Virus record (IMG/VR): IMGVR_UViG_3300008050_007409
Length of the DNA: 64,000 nt
Strand: one strand, 5' to 3'
DNA from: a virus
In this document: positions 45,380-53,984 of the stretch, in pieces
Position numbering within the stretch: position 1 is the first letter of the stretch
Layout of the letters: every line of letters begins with the position of its first letter
The notes under the pieces: model-generated
The model's input: the letters and a program-made list of their open reading frames with translations, nothing else
What the model was told of the DNA's origin: nothing
Databases searched by the model: none
Made by a program: the position numbers and the translations under genes

Positions 45380-45711
45380 TTCGGGGACTCCAGATCAGGC
45401 AAGACTGCGAGGCGTGCACCAGCACGGAGGGATTCTACACCCTCACCGTATCTGACGCGCACTCGTTCAGCGAACATCAGCCAGTCCTCAGACTCGTAGC
45501 GTCTGGCCTCGGCGTCGTCGAAGACCTTGATGCTCTCACCGACCGCGACCTGGTGCAAGGAGCCATCCCGGTCCTTGACGGTCGAGGGCTCCACGATCTG
45601 GTAGACGCCCTGCTGGCTGGAGCCGGGCTTGTACCGCCCGCGAGCCTTCGGCTTCTTCCGGAACTTCTCGGTCTCTGCGTCGGACGCGAATTCCCACTCG
45701 ACGGCCTTCAT
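45376..45711 (-). CDS. hypothetical protein
   Basis: RBS AGGAGGAG, ATGA/GTGA overlaps. Confidence 0.7.
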   Translation of the reverse strand: MKAVEWEFASDAETEKFRKKPKARGRYKPGSSQQGVYQIVEPSTVKDRDGSLHQVAVGESIKVFDDAEARRYESEDWLMFAERVRVRYGEGVESLRAGARLAVLPDLESPK

Positions 45712-45923
45712 GACTCCTCCTTCAGCTTGAACCAGAGGTAGGCCCGGAGGACCTCCTTCTCGTACCCAGCCAGGGGGCCGCCGCCAGCGCGCTCAGCGAA
45801 GTAGGCACCGAAGCGCTCGATCTCGGGATCGACCACCTGCTGCAGGATCTCTTGGGCCGCCTCAGGGAACTGTGTCCCCTCCGGCGCCTCCATCGTCGTC
45901 TTCAGGAGGATCTTCTCCGCCAC
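45708..45923 (-). CDS. small hypothetical protein
   Basis: Start uncertain (GTG 45923 or ATG 45893); PLAGYEKEVLRAYLWFKL. Confidence 0.6.
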   Translation of the reverse strand: MAEKILLKTTMEAPEGTQFPEAAQEILQQVVDPEIERFGAYFAERAGGGPLAGYEKEVLRAYLWFKLKEES

Positions 45924-46161
45924 GTTCCACCTTCCAGTCCAGGATCTTCTTCCGCGCTGCTTCCAGCCCATCGATCTGGGCCTGCAGTACATCTCGTACC
46001 TCGTCGATGTACCCCTCGTCCACGAACTCCTCGGTGGAGTTGTAGATCGGGATCTTCGCATCCTCCTCTGTGAGCTTGTTCAGGTGCCCCACGAGCTCGG
46101 CGAACACACCCAGCAGGTGATCCTTCTCTTGGAGCTCGAGCAGGGCTTCCGACAGGTTCAT
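45862..46161 (-). CDS. hypothetical protein
   Basis: ATGA overlap; MNLSEALLELQEK. Confidence 0.7.
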   Translation of the reverse strand: MNLSEALLELQEKDHLLGVFAELVGHLNKLTEEDAKIPIYNSTEEFVDEGYIDEVRDVLQAQIDGLEAARKKILDWKVERGGEDPPEDDDGGAGGDTVP

Positions 46162-46703
46162 CGACCGCCCTTCTTGGCGTTGACGTCGCCGCGGCGCACC
46201 GTCTTGGACCAGGGATCCCACTTGAAGTTGTCGGTCAGAAGGCGGTCGATGTCCCGGAGGCAGGGGAACAGCTTGTCCATGTCCGACCGGCCGGAGGAGA
46301 CCGACCCGGAGGAGCGCTTCTGCTTGATCTTCAGGCGAGGGGCCTTCACGATGATGGTGGCGCCCCCGAACCTGTCGTAGAGGCGGAGGGCCTCGTCCAT
46401 CGCCCAGGAGATCCACTTCCCCTGATCTGCGCGGAACTTGACCGGGTCCATGAACATCACCTCGGTCTGGTTGTTCAAGTCCTCCTGCAGGGCCTGGAGC
46501 TCCTCGGTGTCGACCGTCATGGGGTTGACGGCCAGGTCGATGGAGTTGTTGCGGAAGACGCAGATGGCTCCGCACTTCACGCCGTTCTTCGGTGATCTAC
46601 TGAGGATGATCTCGATCTTGTAGACCGACTGCAGCCCGGTGGCTTCCGCCAGGCTGTTGTCCAGCATGTTGACCAGCTTGGCCTTGTCTCCGGGGGCTGA
46701 CAT
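46158..46703 (-). CDS. hypothetical protein
   Basis: RBS GAGGAGAGG; coding-like composition. Confidence 0.75.
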   Translation of the reverse strand: MSAPGDKAKLVNMLDNSLAEATGLQSVYKIEIILSRSPKNGVKCGAICVFRNNSIDLAVNPMTVDTEELQALQEDLNNQTEVMFMDPVKFRADQGKWISWAMDEALRLYDRFGGATIIVKAPRLKIKQKRSSGSVSSGRSDMDKLFPCLRDIDRLLTDNFKWDPWSKTVRRGDVNAKKGGR

Positions 46704-46881
46704 CAGATCCTCTCCTCATCCACGCTGTAGTGCACGCCGCGCACCGGAAGTAGCCTTGATCCATCGAACGCTCAACCTCTCGTTGAGAGATCCTGAACGG
46801 GTGGTTGCAGTCACAGCACTGGTACTCCCGACGCAGGTGCTCCAAGCTGAAGTCTGATCCGATCTCATCGAAGAAGCTCAC
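46597..46881 (-). CDS. zinc-ribbon protein
   Basis: CCDC..CAAC; GTGA overlap; 3' end overlaps the next gene. Confidence 0.6.
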   Translation of the reverse strand: MSFFDEIGSDFSLEHLRREYQCCDCNHPFRISQREVERSMDQGYFRCAACTTAWMRRGSDVSPRRQGQAGQHAGQQPGGSHRAAVGLQDRDHPQ

Positions 46882-47288
46882 CGCTCCACGGTGCAGTAGC
46901 TGGCGCTACAGGTCGCGCAGACGCTGGCGACGAACCCCGCCTTGTTCCGCCTGTTGCACTTGGTCAGGTAGTTGTCCTCCTCCGGCCACTCACGCGCCCG
47001 GTAGAGCTTGTGGTACTTCCTGACCACGGCCTCGAGGTGACTCTTGAGGACGGCGGTGGTGCCTCCGCCGGCCCAGTCCTCTTCCCAGGTCTTGGAGACC
47101 TTGATCCCGTTGTTGGTCTTGCTCGGGATGATGCGGATCTTGACCATGATCCGCTTGGAGGCCCTGAGGTACCAGAGCCTCCCCCAGATCTTCAGGACGC
47201 CGCGCCCAGGCTTGAGGACTGCGATCTCGTGGGAGCCTACGCAGATGCGTCGACGGTCCGCGAACTGAGCTGCGTCAAGACGACCCAT
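46878..47288 (-). CDS. hypothetical protein with C-terminal Cys cluster
   Basis: MGRLDAAQF..CNRR..CATCSASYC. Confidence 0.65.
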   Translation of the reverse strand: MGRLDAAQFADRRRICVGSHEIAVLKPGRGVLKIWGRLWYLRASKRIMVKIRIIPSKTNNGIKVSKTWEEDWAGGGTTAVLKSHLEAVVRKYHKLYRAREWPEEDNYLTKCNRRNKAGFVASVCATCSASYCTVER

Positions 47289-47556
47289 CAGCGACCTCGA
47301 AGAGAGACTGGCACCGGGTACAGATCCGGACCAGTCTACCCTCGAGGTGCACGGCCCCCAAGTGGGAGGCGTCAGCCTGGCACTCCTTGCACTGCACCCA
47401 GTGCCGGATGACGGCGACCTCGTCGCCCTCCGCATCACGGGCTGCTGAGTTCCGCGCCTTCAGATCCTCCCACCACGTCTCGAAGGGCGAGAGGGGGATC
47501 TCCATGCCGATCGACAGTGCGTCATGGTTCAGGGTGATCTGAAGGTTGCGGGCCAT
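47275..47556 (-). CDS. zinc-finger protein
   Basis: MARNLQIT..CKEC..CTRC. Confidence 0.7.
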   Translation of the reverse strand: MARNLQITLNHDALSIGMEIPLSPFETWWEDLKARNSAARDAEGDEVAVIRHWVQCKECQADASHLGAVHLEGRLVRICTRCQSLFEVADGSS

Positions 47557-47560
47557 GATC

Positions 47561-48202
47561 TCAGCCTTCGTCGCTGCCGAGGGAGAAGCCGCGGTCGAGC
47601 TCGTCCTCGTCATCTTCGTTGAGGGGGGCGTCGTGGGTCGCCTGGGAGACGACGCCGGGGCTGCCGACGCGGGAGTTGCGCAGCATCTGGATGGTGATGG
47701 GGAAGAGCGGCTTGCCGTCCTCATCCGCCATGGACAGCTTCATCGCGTTGAAGACGTTGATGGCCGCCTCGGCTCCGGGCGTGGCCAGGACGATCTCGCG
47801 GAAGGCAGCCCACTGGAGGCGGTCGATGCCGTTGGGGGCGAGCTTCATCTTGCCGTCTCGACCGGCGGTGCCGTAGCGAATCCGGTAGGTCTCGCCGTCC
47901 TTCGAGGTGAACTTGGCCACGCCGAACTCGCCCTCGAGGCCGCCCTGGTTGTTCAGGGGGATCTCCAGGATGGAGCGGCGACGGGTGGGCTTCACGCCGG
48001 GGGTCATCGGAGCGTCGGGGGTGATCTCCCGAGCGAGACCGGCGTCGATCGCCGCCTGGGCGATGTCACCGCCAGAGTGGCGACGCGCCTTGCGGGTCTG
48101 ACCCTTCTTCGGAGCGGCCTTGGCCTCGTGGACGGGGGTGGCCGGAGCGCCGCCACCGACTTCGGTGACGCCGGGCGTGGGCAGGTGGGAAAGGTCGGAC
48201 AT
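47561..48202 (-). CDS. hypothetical protein
   Basis: RBS GAGGAG; strong GC3 bias. Confidence 0.75.
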   Translation of the reverse strand: MSDLSHLPTPGVTEVGGGAPATPVHEAKAAPKKGQTRKARRHSGGDIAQAAIDAGLAREITPDAPMTPGVKPTRRRSILEIPLNNQGGLEGEFGVAKFTSKDGETYRIRYGTAGRDGKMKLAPNGIDRLQWAAFREIVLATPGAEAAINVFNAMKLSMADEDGKPLFPITIQMLRNSRVGSPGVVSQATHDAPLNEDDEDELDRGFSLGSDEG

Positions 48203-48212
48203 GGGGAGCTCC

Positions 48213-48407
48213 TCAGTAGCTGACGCCGTCTTGCGGCCGTGTGTTCTCGATGATCTTCTTCCGCACCTCCGCGCACGTGAAGCGGCGGTGGCCACCCTTC
48301 GTGCGGTCCACAGCCTCGAGCTTCCCGGAGGATTCCCAGTTCCGGATCGTCCGAGGGGTGACCCCGCAGAGTTCGGCAACCTGGGCTGTGGTGAGGAGTT
48401 CCGCCAT
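48213..48407 (-). CDS. MerR/excisionase-type HTH DNA-binding protein
   Basis: MAELLTTAQVAELCGVTPRTIRNWESSGKL..RTKGGHRRF. Confidence 0.9.
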   Translation of the reverse strand: MAELLTTAQVAELCGVTPRTIRNWESSGKLEAVDRTKGGHRRFTCAEVRKKIIENTRPQDGVSY

Positions 48408-48457
48408 TGCGACAGCACTACCCCGAAGTCGGAAGAAGGTCAAGTTCCGATTTCCGA

Positions 48458-48464
48458 GTATAAG
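48458..48464 (+). promoter_or_regulatory. GNATAAG putative phage promoter element
   Basis: GTATAAG 33 nt before ATG 48498; same motif at 53956, 60019 and 59969-59975(-). Confidence 0.5.
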
Positions 48465-48497
48465 CACGCGAAACCCATGAGGAGCAGGAGAGTGCCT

Positions 48498-49583
48498 ATG
48501 GATCGACACGAAGAGGCCCTGGTTCTGTCGGGGTCTGCCCCGAACGACCTGGACGTCGTTCGTCAAATGGAGCGCATGCCGACGCGCATGTCCGAGGCTC
48601 CCGAAGGGCTCCGAGAAGATCAGACCCCTGATGAGGGTGCGGCCGCCTTCGTCCAGGACATGCTGGACTTCAAGTTCGGGGACCTGATCCAGCAGGAGCT
48701 GGGACTCCAGGTCCGGGAGCTGCCCGAGTACATGATCGCTGTGGGGCTGATCGGCGGGCTGGACTGGATTGCACTGTGCGGCTGGTGGGCCTGGACCTAC
48801 ACCGGCATCTACCACAGCAGCGAGACCTACAAGTGGGTCTACCGCTACACCAGCTGGGACGATGAGGCGAACAAGGAGATCATCTACGAGTTCGACCCCG
48901 ACATGATCATGAAGTTCAAGGAGGATCCGGAGGAGAACGCCTTCGAGGAGCGCTTCACGGATCCGGGCCTGACCGACAAGGAGCGGAGCGAGGCCGTCCA
49001 GTTCCTGATCCACGACGTCTACAGGGCGATGGACCTGGAGCCGCCTCCCAAGCTGCTGGTGGAGCTGATCCTCTACTGCACCTTCATGTGGGTGCTCAGC
49101 GACAACGGCCGGGAGTGGCTCTGCGAGATCGACCCGGTCTGGTCCTGCGTGGACGACTTCGGGGTCGCCTTCCTCGAGCAGTGGGAGAACATGCTCCTGG
49201 ACCCGCGGAACATGGAGTGCACCCAGCGCGGGCTCGGCACCTGTGCCTTCTGCAAGGAGAACCTCCACTGCGTCGTCGGCGCCACTATCAACGACGACTG
49301 GTTCATGGTCTGCAACGACTGCATGTGCGTTGCCATGGACCAGGGCCACGAGGTGGATCAGATGGACAACCGGATCGCAGAGCCTCTCTGCCCGTTCCGA
49401 GGAGGCCGGTGCCTGAACACCGAGTGCCCGCACAACCCACTCACGGAGGAGGATGTGGTCGAGGCGATGCAGGAGCACGGCACCCGCCGACTGAACCAGT
49501 GGCGAGGCAACCGCCTCGAGTCGAACGAACCTCGGAAGCTGGCCGGTAGGACCGTCGACGAGATCATCGACTTCTTCCGATGA
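48498..49583 (+). CDS. hypothetical protein with Cys-rich C-terminus
   Basis: RBS AGGAG; CAFC, CNDCMC, CPF..CLNTECPH. Confidence 0.8.
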   Translation: MDRHEEALVLSGSAPNDLDVVRQMERMPTRMSEAPEGLREDQTPDEGAAAFVQDMLDFKFGDLIQQELGLQVRELPEYMIAVGLIGGLDWIALCGWWAWTYTGIYHSSETYKWVYRYTSWDDEANKEIIYEFDPDMIMKFKEDPEENAFEERFTDPGLTDKERSEAVQFLIHDVYRAMDLEPPPKLLVELILYCTFMWVLSDNGREWLCEIDPVWSCVDDFGVAFLEQWENMLLDPRNMECTQRGLGTCAFCKENLHCVVGATINDDWFMVCNDCMCVAMDQGHEVDQMDNRIAEPLCPFRGGRCLNTECPHNPLTEEDVVEAMQEHGTRRLNQWRGNRLESNEPRKLAGRTVDEIIDFFR

Positions 49584-49589
49584 GGGGCA

Positions 49590-49623
49590 ACCGACCGACG
49601 CTCTTCGCGGGGCGTCGGTCGGT
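49590..49623. terminator. 15-bp hairpin between convergent genes
   Basis: accgaccgacgctct-tcgc-ggggcgtcggtcggt. Confidence 0.7.
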
Positions 49624-49680
49624 CGCAGCTGAACTACCCTTCGTTCGCATCCAGACTCTATGGGCGGCGATCTGGACTGT

Positions 49681-49725
49681 CAACTCCAGAGGTGACAAGT
49701 CTCGATCCTGTCACCTCTGGAGTTG
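49681..49725. repeat. perfect 17-bp inverted repeat
   Basis: caactccagaggtgaca-N11-tgtcacctctggagttg. Confidence 0.9.
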
Positions 49726-49730
49726 GCGAG

Positions 49731-50001
49731 TCAGTTGTCGACCTCCTCCTCGGAGTTCTGCTTGGCCATCATCTCGAAGAGCTTGTCGGCGGCCACCTGC
49801 TTCGGATCGGTGATGGCCAGGGGCTTCGGCAGGGACTCAGGGTTCATGGCAGCTCGGCGGAGCTCCCCCAGGATCACGTTGAACATGTTGACCACGTCGA
49901 CCGGACTCATCCACATGGCGATGACGGTCGTGCCGTCGTTCTTGCGGATCTCGAAGTGGAACTTCTTCTCCTGGGGGGATCCAGAGGAACTTGAGCTGCA
50001 T
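49731..50001 (-). CDS. hypothetical protein interrupted by a +1 frameshift in a C6 run
   Basis: ATG 50001 (MQLKFLWIP) is one base out of frame with the coding-like QEKKFHFEIRK...EEEVDN. Confidence 0.6.
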
Positions 50002-50004
50002 GGT

Positions 50005-50295
50005 CTACTTCCGGTGCTTGGTGAGGTCGAGGACGACCTGGGTGGAGTCTGAGAGCGGATGCACGTACTCATCCAGGCTCCAGTCCACTCCGTTGACGAT
50101 GTCGCGGACGACCTGCTCTTCGAGGCCCTTCAGGCCGAGGACGAGCCGGAGCTTCTCGATGTCCGACTTGCTGTAGAGCCCTGCGCGGCCGCGGCCGCCG
50201 GCGCCCTGGGACGGAGTCACGATCCCCCGCTCGCGGAGGTACTGGACCTGGCGGGAGGAGCAGCCCAGGAGGTCGGCCACCTGGCTCAGCTTCAG
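50005..50295 (-). CDS. MerR-family HTH protein, probable CTG start
   Basis: (M)KLSQVADLLGCSSRQVQYLRERGIVTP..GRAGLYSKSDI. Confidence 0.8.
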   Translation of the reverse strand: MKLSQVADLLGCSSRQVQYLRERGIVTPSQGAGGRGRAGLYSKSDIEKLRLVLGLKGLEEQVVRDIVNGVDWSLDEYVHPLSDSTQVVLDLTKHRK

Positions 50296-50492
50296 GGCCT
50301 GGGAGGAGGTCTCCTCTCCAGCGCCCGGGCGAGACTCGTCCAAGCCGCCACGACCTTCTTGGCGGAGCTCTTCAGGCTGCTGATGCTGTCCAGGATCTCG
50401 CACGTGTCGTTCTTGAAGGCCCTGCAGCTCTGGTTGCAGGGCCTCTCCTTGTCGATGAAGCAGGTCAGAGGGAGCGGAGCTTGTCCAGCCAC
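50292..50492 (-). CDS. small Cys-rich protein
   Basis: CFIDKERPCNQSCRAFKNDTC. Confidence 0.65.
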   Translation of the reverse strand: MAGQAPLPLTCFIDKERPCNQSCRAFKNDTCEILDSISSLKSSAKKVVAAWTSLARALERRPPPRP

Positions 50493-50719
50493 GTCGGCTC
50501 CAGGTGCTCCTCGGGGTTCTTCTGGACCCGTGCCCGGATGACGCCGAGCTCGTGGTCAGTGAGCAGCAGGGTCTCCAGCTCCCCGTCTTCGTCCTTCACC
50601 AGGACGCGGTTGTAGACCCAGACGGCACCCATCTTGGGGTCGTTGTTCGTCGTCTTGTGGATCTTGCCGTAGGCCTTGTCGCCCGCGGTTGGTGCGGTTG
50701 TAGGGAGCTGGTTTGCCAT
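50465..50719 (-). CDS. hypothetical protein
   Basis: TGATG coupling; coding-like composition. Confidence 0.7.
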   Translation of the reverse strand: MANQLPTTAPTAGDKAYGKIHKTTNNDPKMGAVWVYNRVLVKDEDGELETLLLTDHELGVIRARVQKNPEEHLEPTWLDKLRSL

Positions 50720-51366
50720 CAGAGCCTCATCAGAGCCTGGAATTCGTCGAGCTGATGCTTCGCGTCCTCCAAGGCGTTGTGTTTGGTCCCCTCCACCATC
50801 GGGTCGATCCCCAAGGCTTCCTCGAGGTCGGACTCAGGGAAGCCGTAGTCCAGGCCCAGCTTGCCCATCGCCAGGGAGCTGATCTCGATGAACTCGTAGT
50901 GGAAGGGGTTCTCCAGTCCGCAGTGGGCGAAGGCCCTGGTGACGAAGCCCCAGTCCAGCCCGCCGCAGTAGCAGACCATCACGGCCTGGACCTCTGCCAA
51001 GGCGGAGTCCGCTGCCCTCAGCTTGAAGCCGCCCTCAGGCTTGGGCTCCGGCGTCGAGACAGCGGCCATCCGCCGTTGCTGGACCCAGGTGTGCATCTTC
51101 TGGACCTGGGCGAAGAAGATGCCGTTGATCCCTCGACGCCTCACGTGCACCGGCGCAAAGGCGTAGGAGTAGGCCCTCCAGCAGTCCTCGAGCAGCTCCT
51201 GGAGGTTCTCCCGGACCCAGTCGCTCGTCTTCGAGGTGTTCTTGACCGGGAAGACGAGCTCGAGCTCCGAACCATCTTCAGCAACCAGGCCCACCTGCAT
51301 GAGCCGGCCGTGGACCGGATCCGTGTCAGTGACCTCGACGTCGACGCTGATGAAGACCTGGCTCAT
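50719..51366 (-). CDS. DEDDh 3'-5' exonuclease
   Basis: ISVDVEVT (ExoI), LDWGF (ExoII), HNALEDA (ExoIII). Confidence 0.85.
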   Translation of the reverse strand: MSQVFISVDVEVTDTDPVHGRLMQVGLVAEDGSELELVFPVKNTSKTSDWVRENLQELLEDCWRAYSYAFAPVHVRRRGINGIFFAQVQKMHTWVQQRRMAAVSTPEPKPEGGFKLRAADSALAEVQAVMVCYCGGLDWGFVTRAFAHCGLENPFHYEFIEISSLAMGKLGLDYGFPESDLEEALGIDPMVEGTKHNALEDAKHQLDEFQALMRL

Positions 51367-51710
51367 TGGATCTGCCTCGACGCACCCACGTCAACCCATG
51401 CCTGGGACCACCCTTCTGGACTATCGTAGACCTTCAGAACTCCCTTCATGTAGACCTGGAGATTCTCCCCTCTGAAGGCGGCGTTGAGCTTGCCCTCAAG
51501 CTCGGCCCTCGCTTCGTCCGAAGAGCGCTTCCGATCTGAGGCGAAGGTGTGGAGAGGGATGAAGGCACGCCGAGTCCTCCGCTTCCAGCCATCCAGAGTG
51601 AAGATCTCCAAGGCTCCGTCGAACTCGATCATGTACCCGATGGAGTTCACCTCCACGTTGCGAGTGCACTCCCCGATGGCCAGCTTCCTTGCGCCCTCCA
51701 ACACCTTCAC
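51363..51710 (-). CDS. hypothetical protein
   Basis: GTGA overlap with RBS GGAGG..; ATGA overlap downstream. Confidence 0.65.
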   Translation of the reverse strand: MKVLEGARKLAIGECTRNVEVNSIGYMIEFDGALEIFTLDGWKRRTRRAFIPLHTFASDRKRSSDEARAELEGKLNAAFRGENLQVYMKGVLKVYDSPEGWSQAWVDVGASRQIQ

Positions 51711-52078
51711 AGCACACCGCCTCGGAACTCGACGTGACCCAGGGCGAAGCTGAGGTCGACGCGGGACTTCTCGATCTCGTCGATGAAGACCACCTTGCTC
51801 TTCGAGGGGTGGCTGGTGACGTGCACCCGCAGGAAGGTCTCGAAGTCCTTGTAGGAGGTCTCCGTGCTCATCGGCGGACGCCACTTGGCGGTGACGGAAC
51901 CGTCCTGCCAGATGACGGCCTCGAGGACGCGGCCGGTGCCGGAGACACCCGTCTCGTCCTCCACCCGCTCCAGGAAGAAGCGCACCGCCGGCTTCGAGTC
52001 GTAGTGGACCTTGGTGTCCATGAGGTGTCGTTCCACGTTGTTCCGCTCCAGGTCAGGTCTGTAGTTGTAGTTGCTCAC
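51707..52078 (-). CDS. conserved phage hypothetical protein (GVSGTG family)
   Basis: FFLERVEDETGVSGTGRVLEAVIWQDGSV, recognised by eye as a motif of small phage proteins. Confidence 0.7.
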   Translation of the reverse strand: MSNYNYRPDLERNNVERHLMDTKVHYDSKPAVRFFLERVEDETGVSGTGRVLEAVIWQDGSVTAKWRPPMSTETSYKDFETFLRVHVTSHPSKSKVVFIDEIEKSRVDLSFALGHVEFRGGVL

Positions 52079-52083
52079 GGTGC

Positions 52084-52911
52084 TCAGGCAGCCCACCACT
52101 CCACGAAGCCGTGGAGGTCCCGCTTCTTCCGGGTGTAGGAGCGGACGCCGTTGCTGACGTTGCCCTCGATGGTGGTCACGGTGCCGTCGCCGTTGTCGCA
52201 GACGACCATGCCGACGTGACCGGCCTTGGCCGTCTGGGCCGGGTCGGAGTTCGAGCCGCCGCGGGCCATCGTGAAGACGCTGGCGGGCTCGGCCAGCTCG
52301 GTCTCCTCGGCGTAGCAGCCCTTGTCGTAGCCCCAGGCCTCGTACTGGCTGGCTCCACCGAAGAACTTCTTCATGGGCGTACCGCCCCAGTTCATCTCGG
52401 CCGACCGGGTGCCGAGGCCCATTCCCAGAGCGATCCAGGAGCTGCAGGCCATCGCACACCAGGCCATGCGGCCGTACTTGGCGGTGTCGACACCCCAGTA
52501 CTCGTTGTAGCCCTCGACCAGGTGCATGATCTCGTCGCCCCAGTTGGAGCCGTCGGGGACCTCGTCAGCGCCCAGGTCCCGAATGGCAGACTCGAGGACC
52601 AGGCGGCGGACGCCGCTGATGTCATCGGGGATCTTGTCGATGAGCGCCTGCTCTGCGGACTTGCGGGCGTCGTCGTCCCCGATGTCCACGGCCCGGCTGG
52701 TCGAGGCGCCCTCGAGGTAGCCCCAGGTGGTCGGGCCGACGATGCCATCGGCCTTGATGTTCCGGCTGGCCTGGAACTGTCGGACCGCGTCGTAGGTTCG
52801 AGCTCCGAAGTCGCCGTCGATGGAGACCTGGGCACCGTGGTGCCGGAGGCGCTCCTGGGCGTACTTGACGTCGACGCCCTTGCTTCCCTTCCTGATCGTA
52901 GATCGAGCCAT
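52084..52911 (-). CDS. endolysin: peptidoglycan-binding domain plus CHAP amidase
   Basis: IRKGSKGVDVK..DGDFGARTYDAVRQFQ..ADGIVGPTTW; AWCAM..GHVGMV..TIEGN. Confidence 0.92.
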   Translation of the reverse strand: MARSTIRKGSKGVDVKYAQERLRHHGAQVSIDGDFGARTYDAVRQFQASRNIKADGIVGPTTWGYLEGASTSRAVDIGDDDARKSAEQALIDKIPDDISGVRRLVLESAIRDLGADEVPDGSNWGDEIMHLVEGYNEYWGVDTAKYGRMAWCAMACSSWIALGMGLGTRSAEMNWGGTPMKKFFGGASQYEAWGYDKGCYAEETELAEPASVFTMARGGSNSDPAQTAKAGHVGMVVCDNGDGTVTTIEGNVSNGVRSYTRKKRDLHGFVEWWAA

Positions 52912-52950
52912 GTCGTGTTCCTCTGAGTGGTCGCAACGAACCTACCGAGC

Positions 52951-52977
52951 GCTGCCGGGGCGGCGTGTCCCGGCAGC
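52951..52977. terminator. hairpin upstream of endolysin
   Basis: gctgccggg-N9-cccggcagc. Confidence 0.55.
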
Positions 52978-52986
52978 CTCTGTAGA

Positions 52987-53352
52987 TCAGCTGCGGAGCT
53001 TGCGGAGCGCCTTCTTCAGGAGCTTGCGGCTGCCGCGCTTGCCGTGCTTCTCCTGGAGGGTCATGCCCCAGTAGACCCACTCGACCAGGCCGTAGAGCAT
53101 CCGGTCGCGCTGCTCCTCGGAGAGGTCACCCCACTCGGGGATCTCGTCGAGCTTCTCGTCGATGAGATCGGCCGCCGCCTCGACGGTGACCTTGGCCTTG
53201 TCGCTGCCGCTGGCGCTCTCGTCCTTGAGGACCCGGATGACGTCTGCGATCTCGGGGATGAGGTCCAGCAGGAAGGTGAAGACAGACGCCGGGATCTGGC
53301 TGCCGGTCAGGGCAGAGAGCATCGGAGCGAGGAAGGAGAGGGTGGCAGCCAA
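52987..53352 (-). CDS. hypothetical protein, possibly holin-like
   Basis: TTG start with GGAGG; hydrophobic N-terminus, basic C-terminus; next to endolysin. Confidence 0.5.
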   Translation of the reverse strand: MAATLSFLAPMLSALTGSQIPASVFTFLLDLIPEIADVIRVLKDESASGSDKAKVTVEAAADLIDEKLDEIPEWGDLSEEQRDRMLYGLVEWVYWGMTLQEKHGKRGSRKLLKKALRKLRS

Positions 53353-53420
53353 CGTGGCCTCCAGGGTGGTGAGCGAGTACCATAGTCGGAACCGATGATC
53401 GGTTCAAGGAGAGCGAGTCT

Positions 53421-53744
53421 ATGTTCAAGCCCCTGGTCATCACCGAAGGAGGCCTCATCCGGCTGCTCCGCCGCTACGGCAAGCACATGGGCCAGTCCGA
53501 CGTCATGAGCAACGCCACGGCTCAGGTCTTCCTGCAGGTCGACGAGGGAGCTCAGCGATGGGACCTCTGGCTCCGGAACAACTGCGGACGCTGTGTCCAC
53601 TCTCCAGACGCCTGCCGGATGTTCCACCCGACCGAAGATCAGTGCCAGGGCGACCTGACTCCGCAGAAGCTGAGGGACGCACACCTCCTGGTGATCGAGA
53701 CCGGGAGGGTGACCGAGTGCCCTCTTAGATCAGAATCTGGGTAG
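53421..53744 (+). CDS. hypothetical Cys-containing protein
   Basis: RBS AAGGAG; CGRC..C..C..C. Confidence 0.7.
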   Translation: MFKPLVITEGGLIRLLRRYGKHMGQSDVMSNATAQVFLQVDEGAQRWDLWLRNNCGRCVHSPDACRMFHPTEDQCQGDLTPQKLRDAHLLVIETGRVTECPLRSESG

Positions 53745-53984
53745 ATCAGAATCCGACGTGCGTGTAGAGGCGCTTCCCTGATTCTCAATCCGAAACCAGA
53801 AACACTAATGGGTAGAGTTCACTGTACTAACCAAAAAACTTACCCATTATATGAAGATTAGAAGAAGGAGGAATAAAGGTAGAGGGCATCTACGCATCTA
53901 CCGGATCTGTTGGATCTCCTGATCAGCTTGTCAACTCAGGAAGTGACAAAAGCTGGCATAAGGATCTGATCACCAACAGATCAC
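53745..53984. other. AT-rich intergenic region, candidate replication origin/control region
   Basis: Most AT-rich stretch of the window; direct and inverted repeats; lies at the strand switch. Confidence 0.5.
53956..53962 (+). promoter_or_regulatory. GNATAAG putative phage promoter element
   Basis: GCATAAG 22 nt before ATG 53985. Confidence 0.5.

Noticed and set aside
48213-48407. Excisionase implying a prophage or integrative element
   Set aside because: No integrase, att site or host genes in the window; the HTH alone is insufficient.
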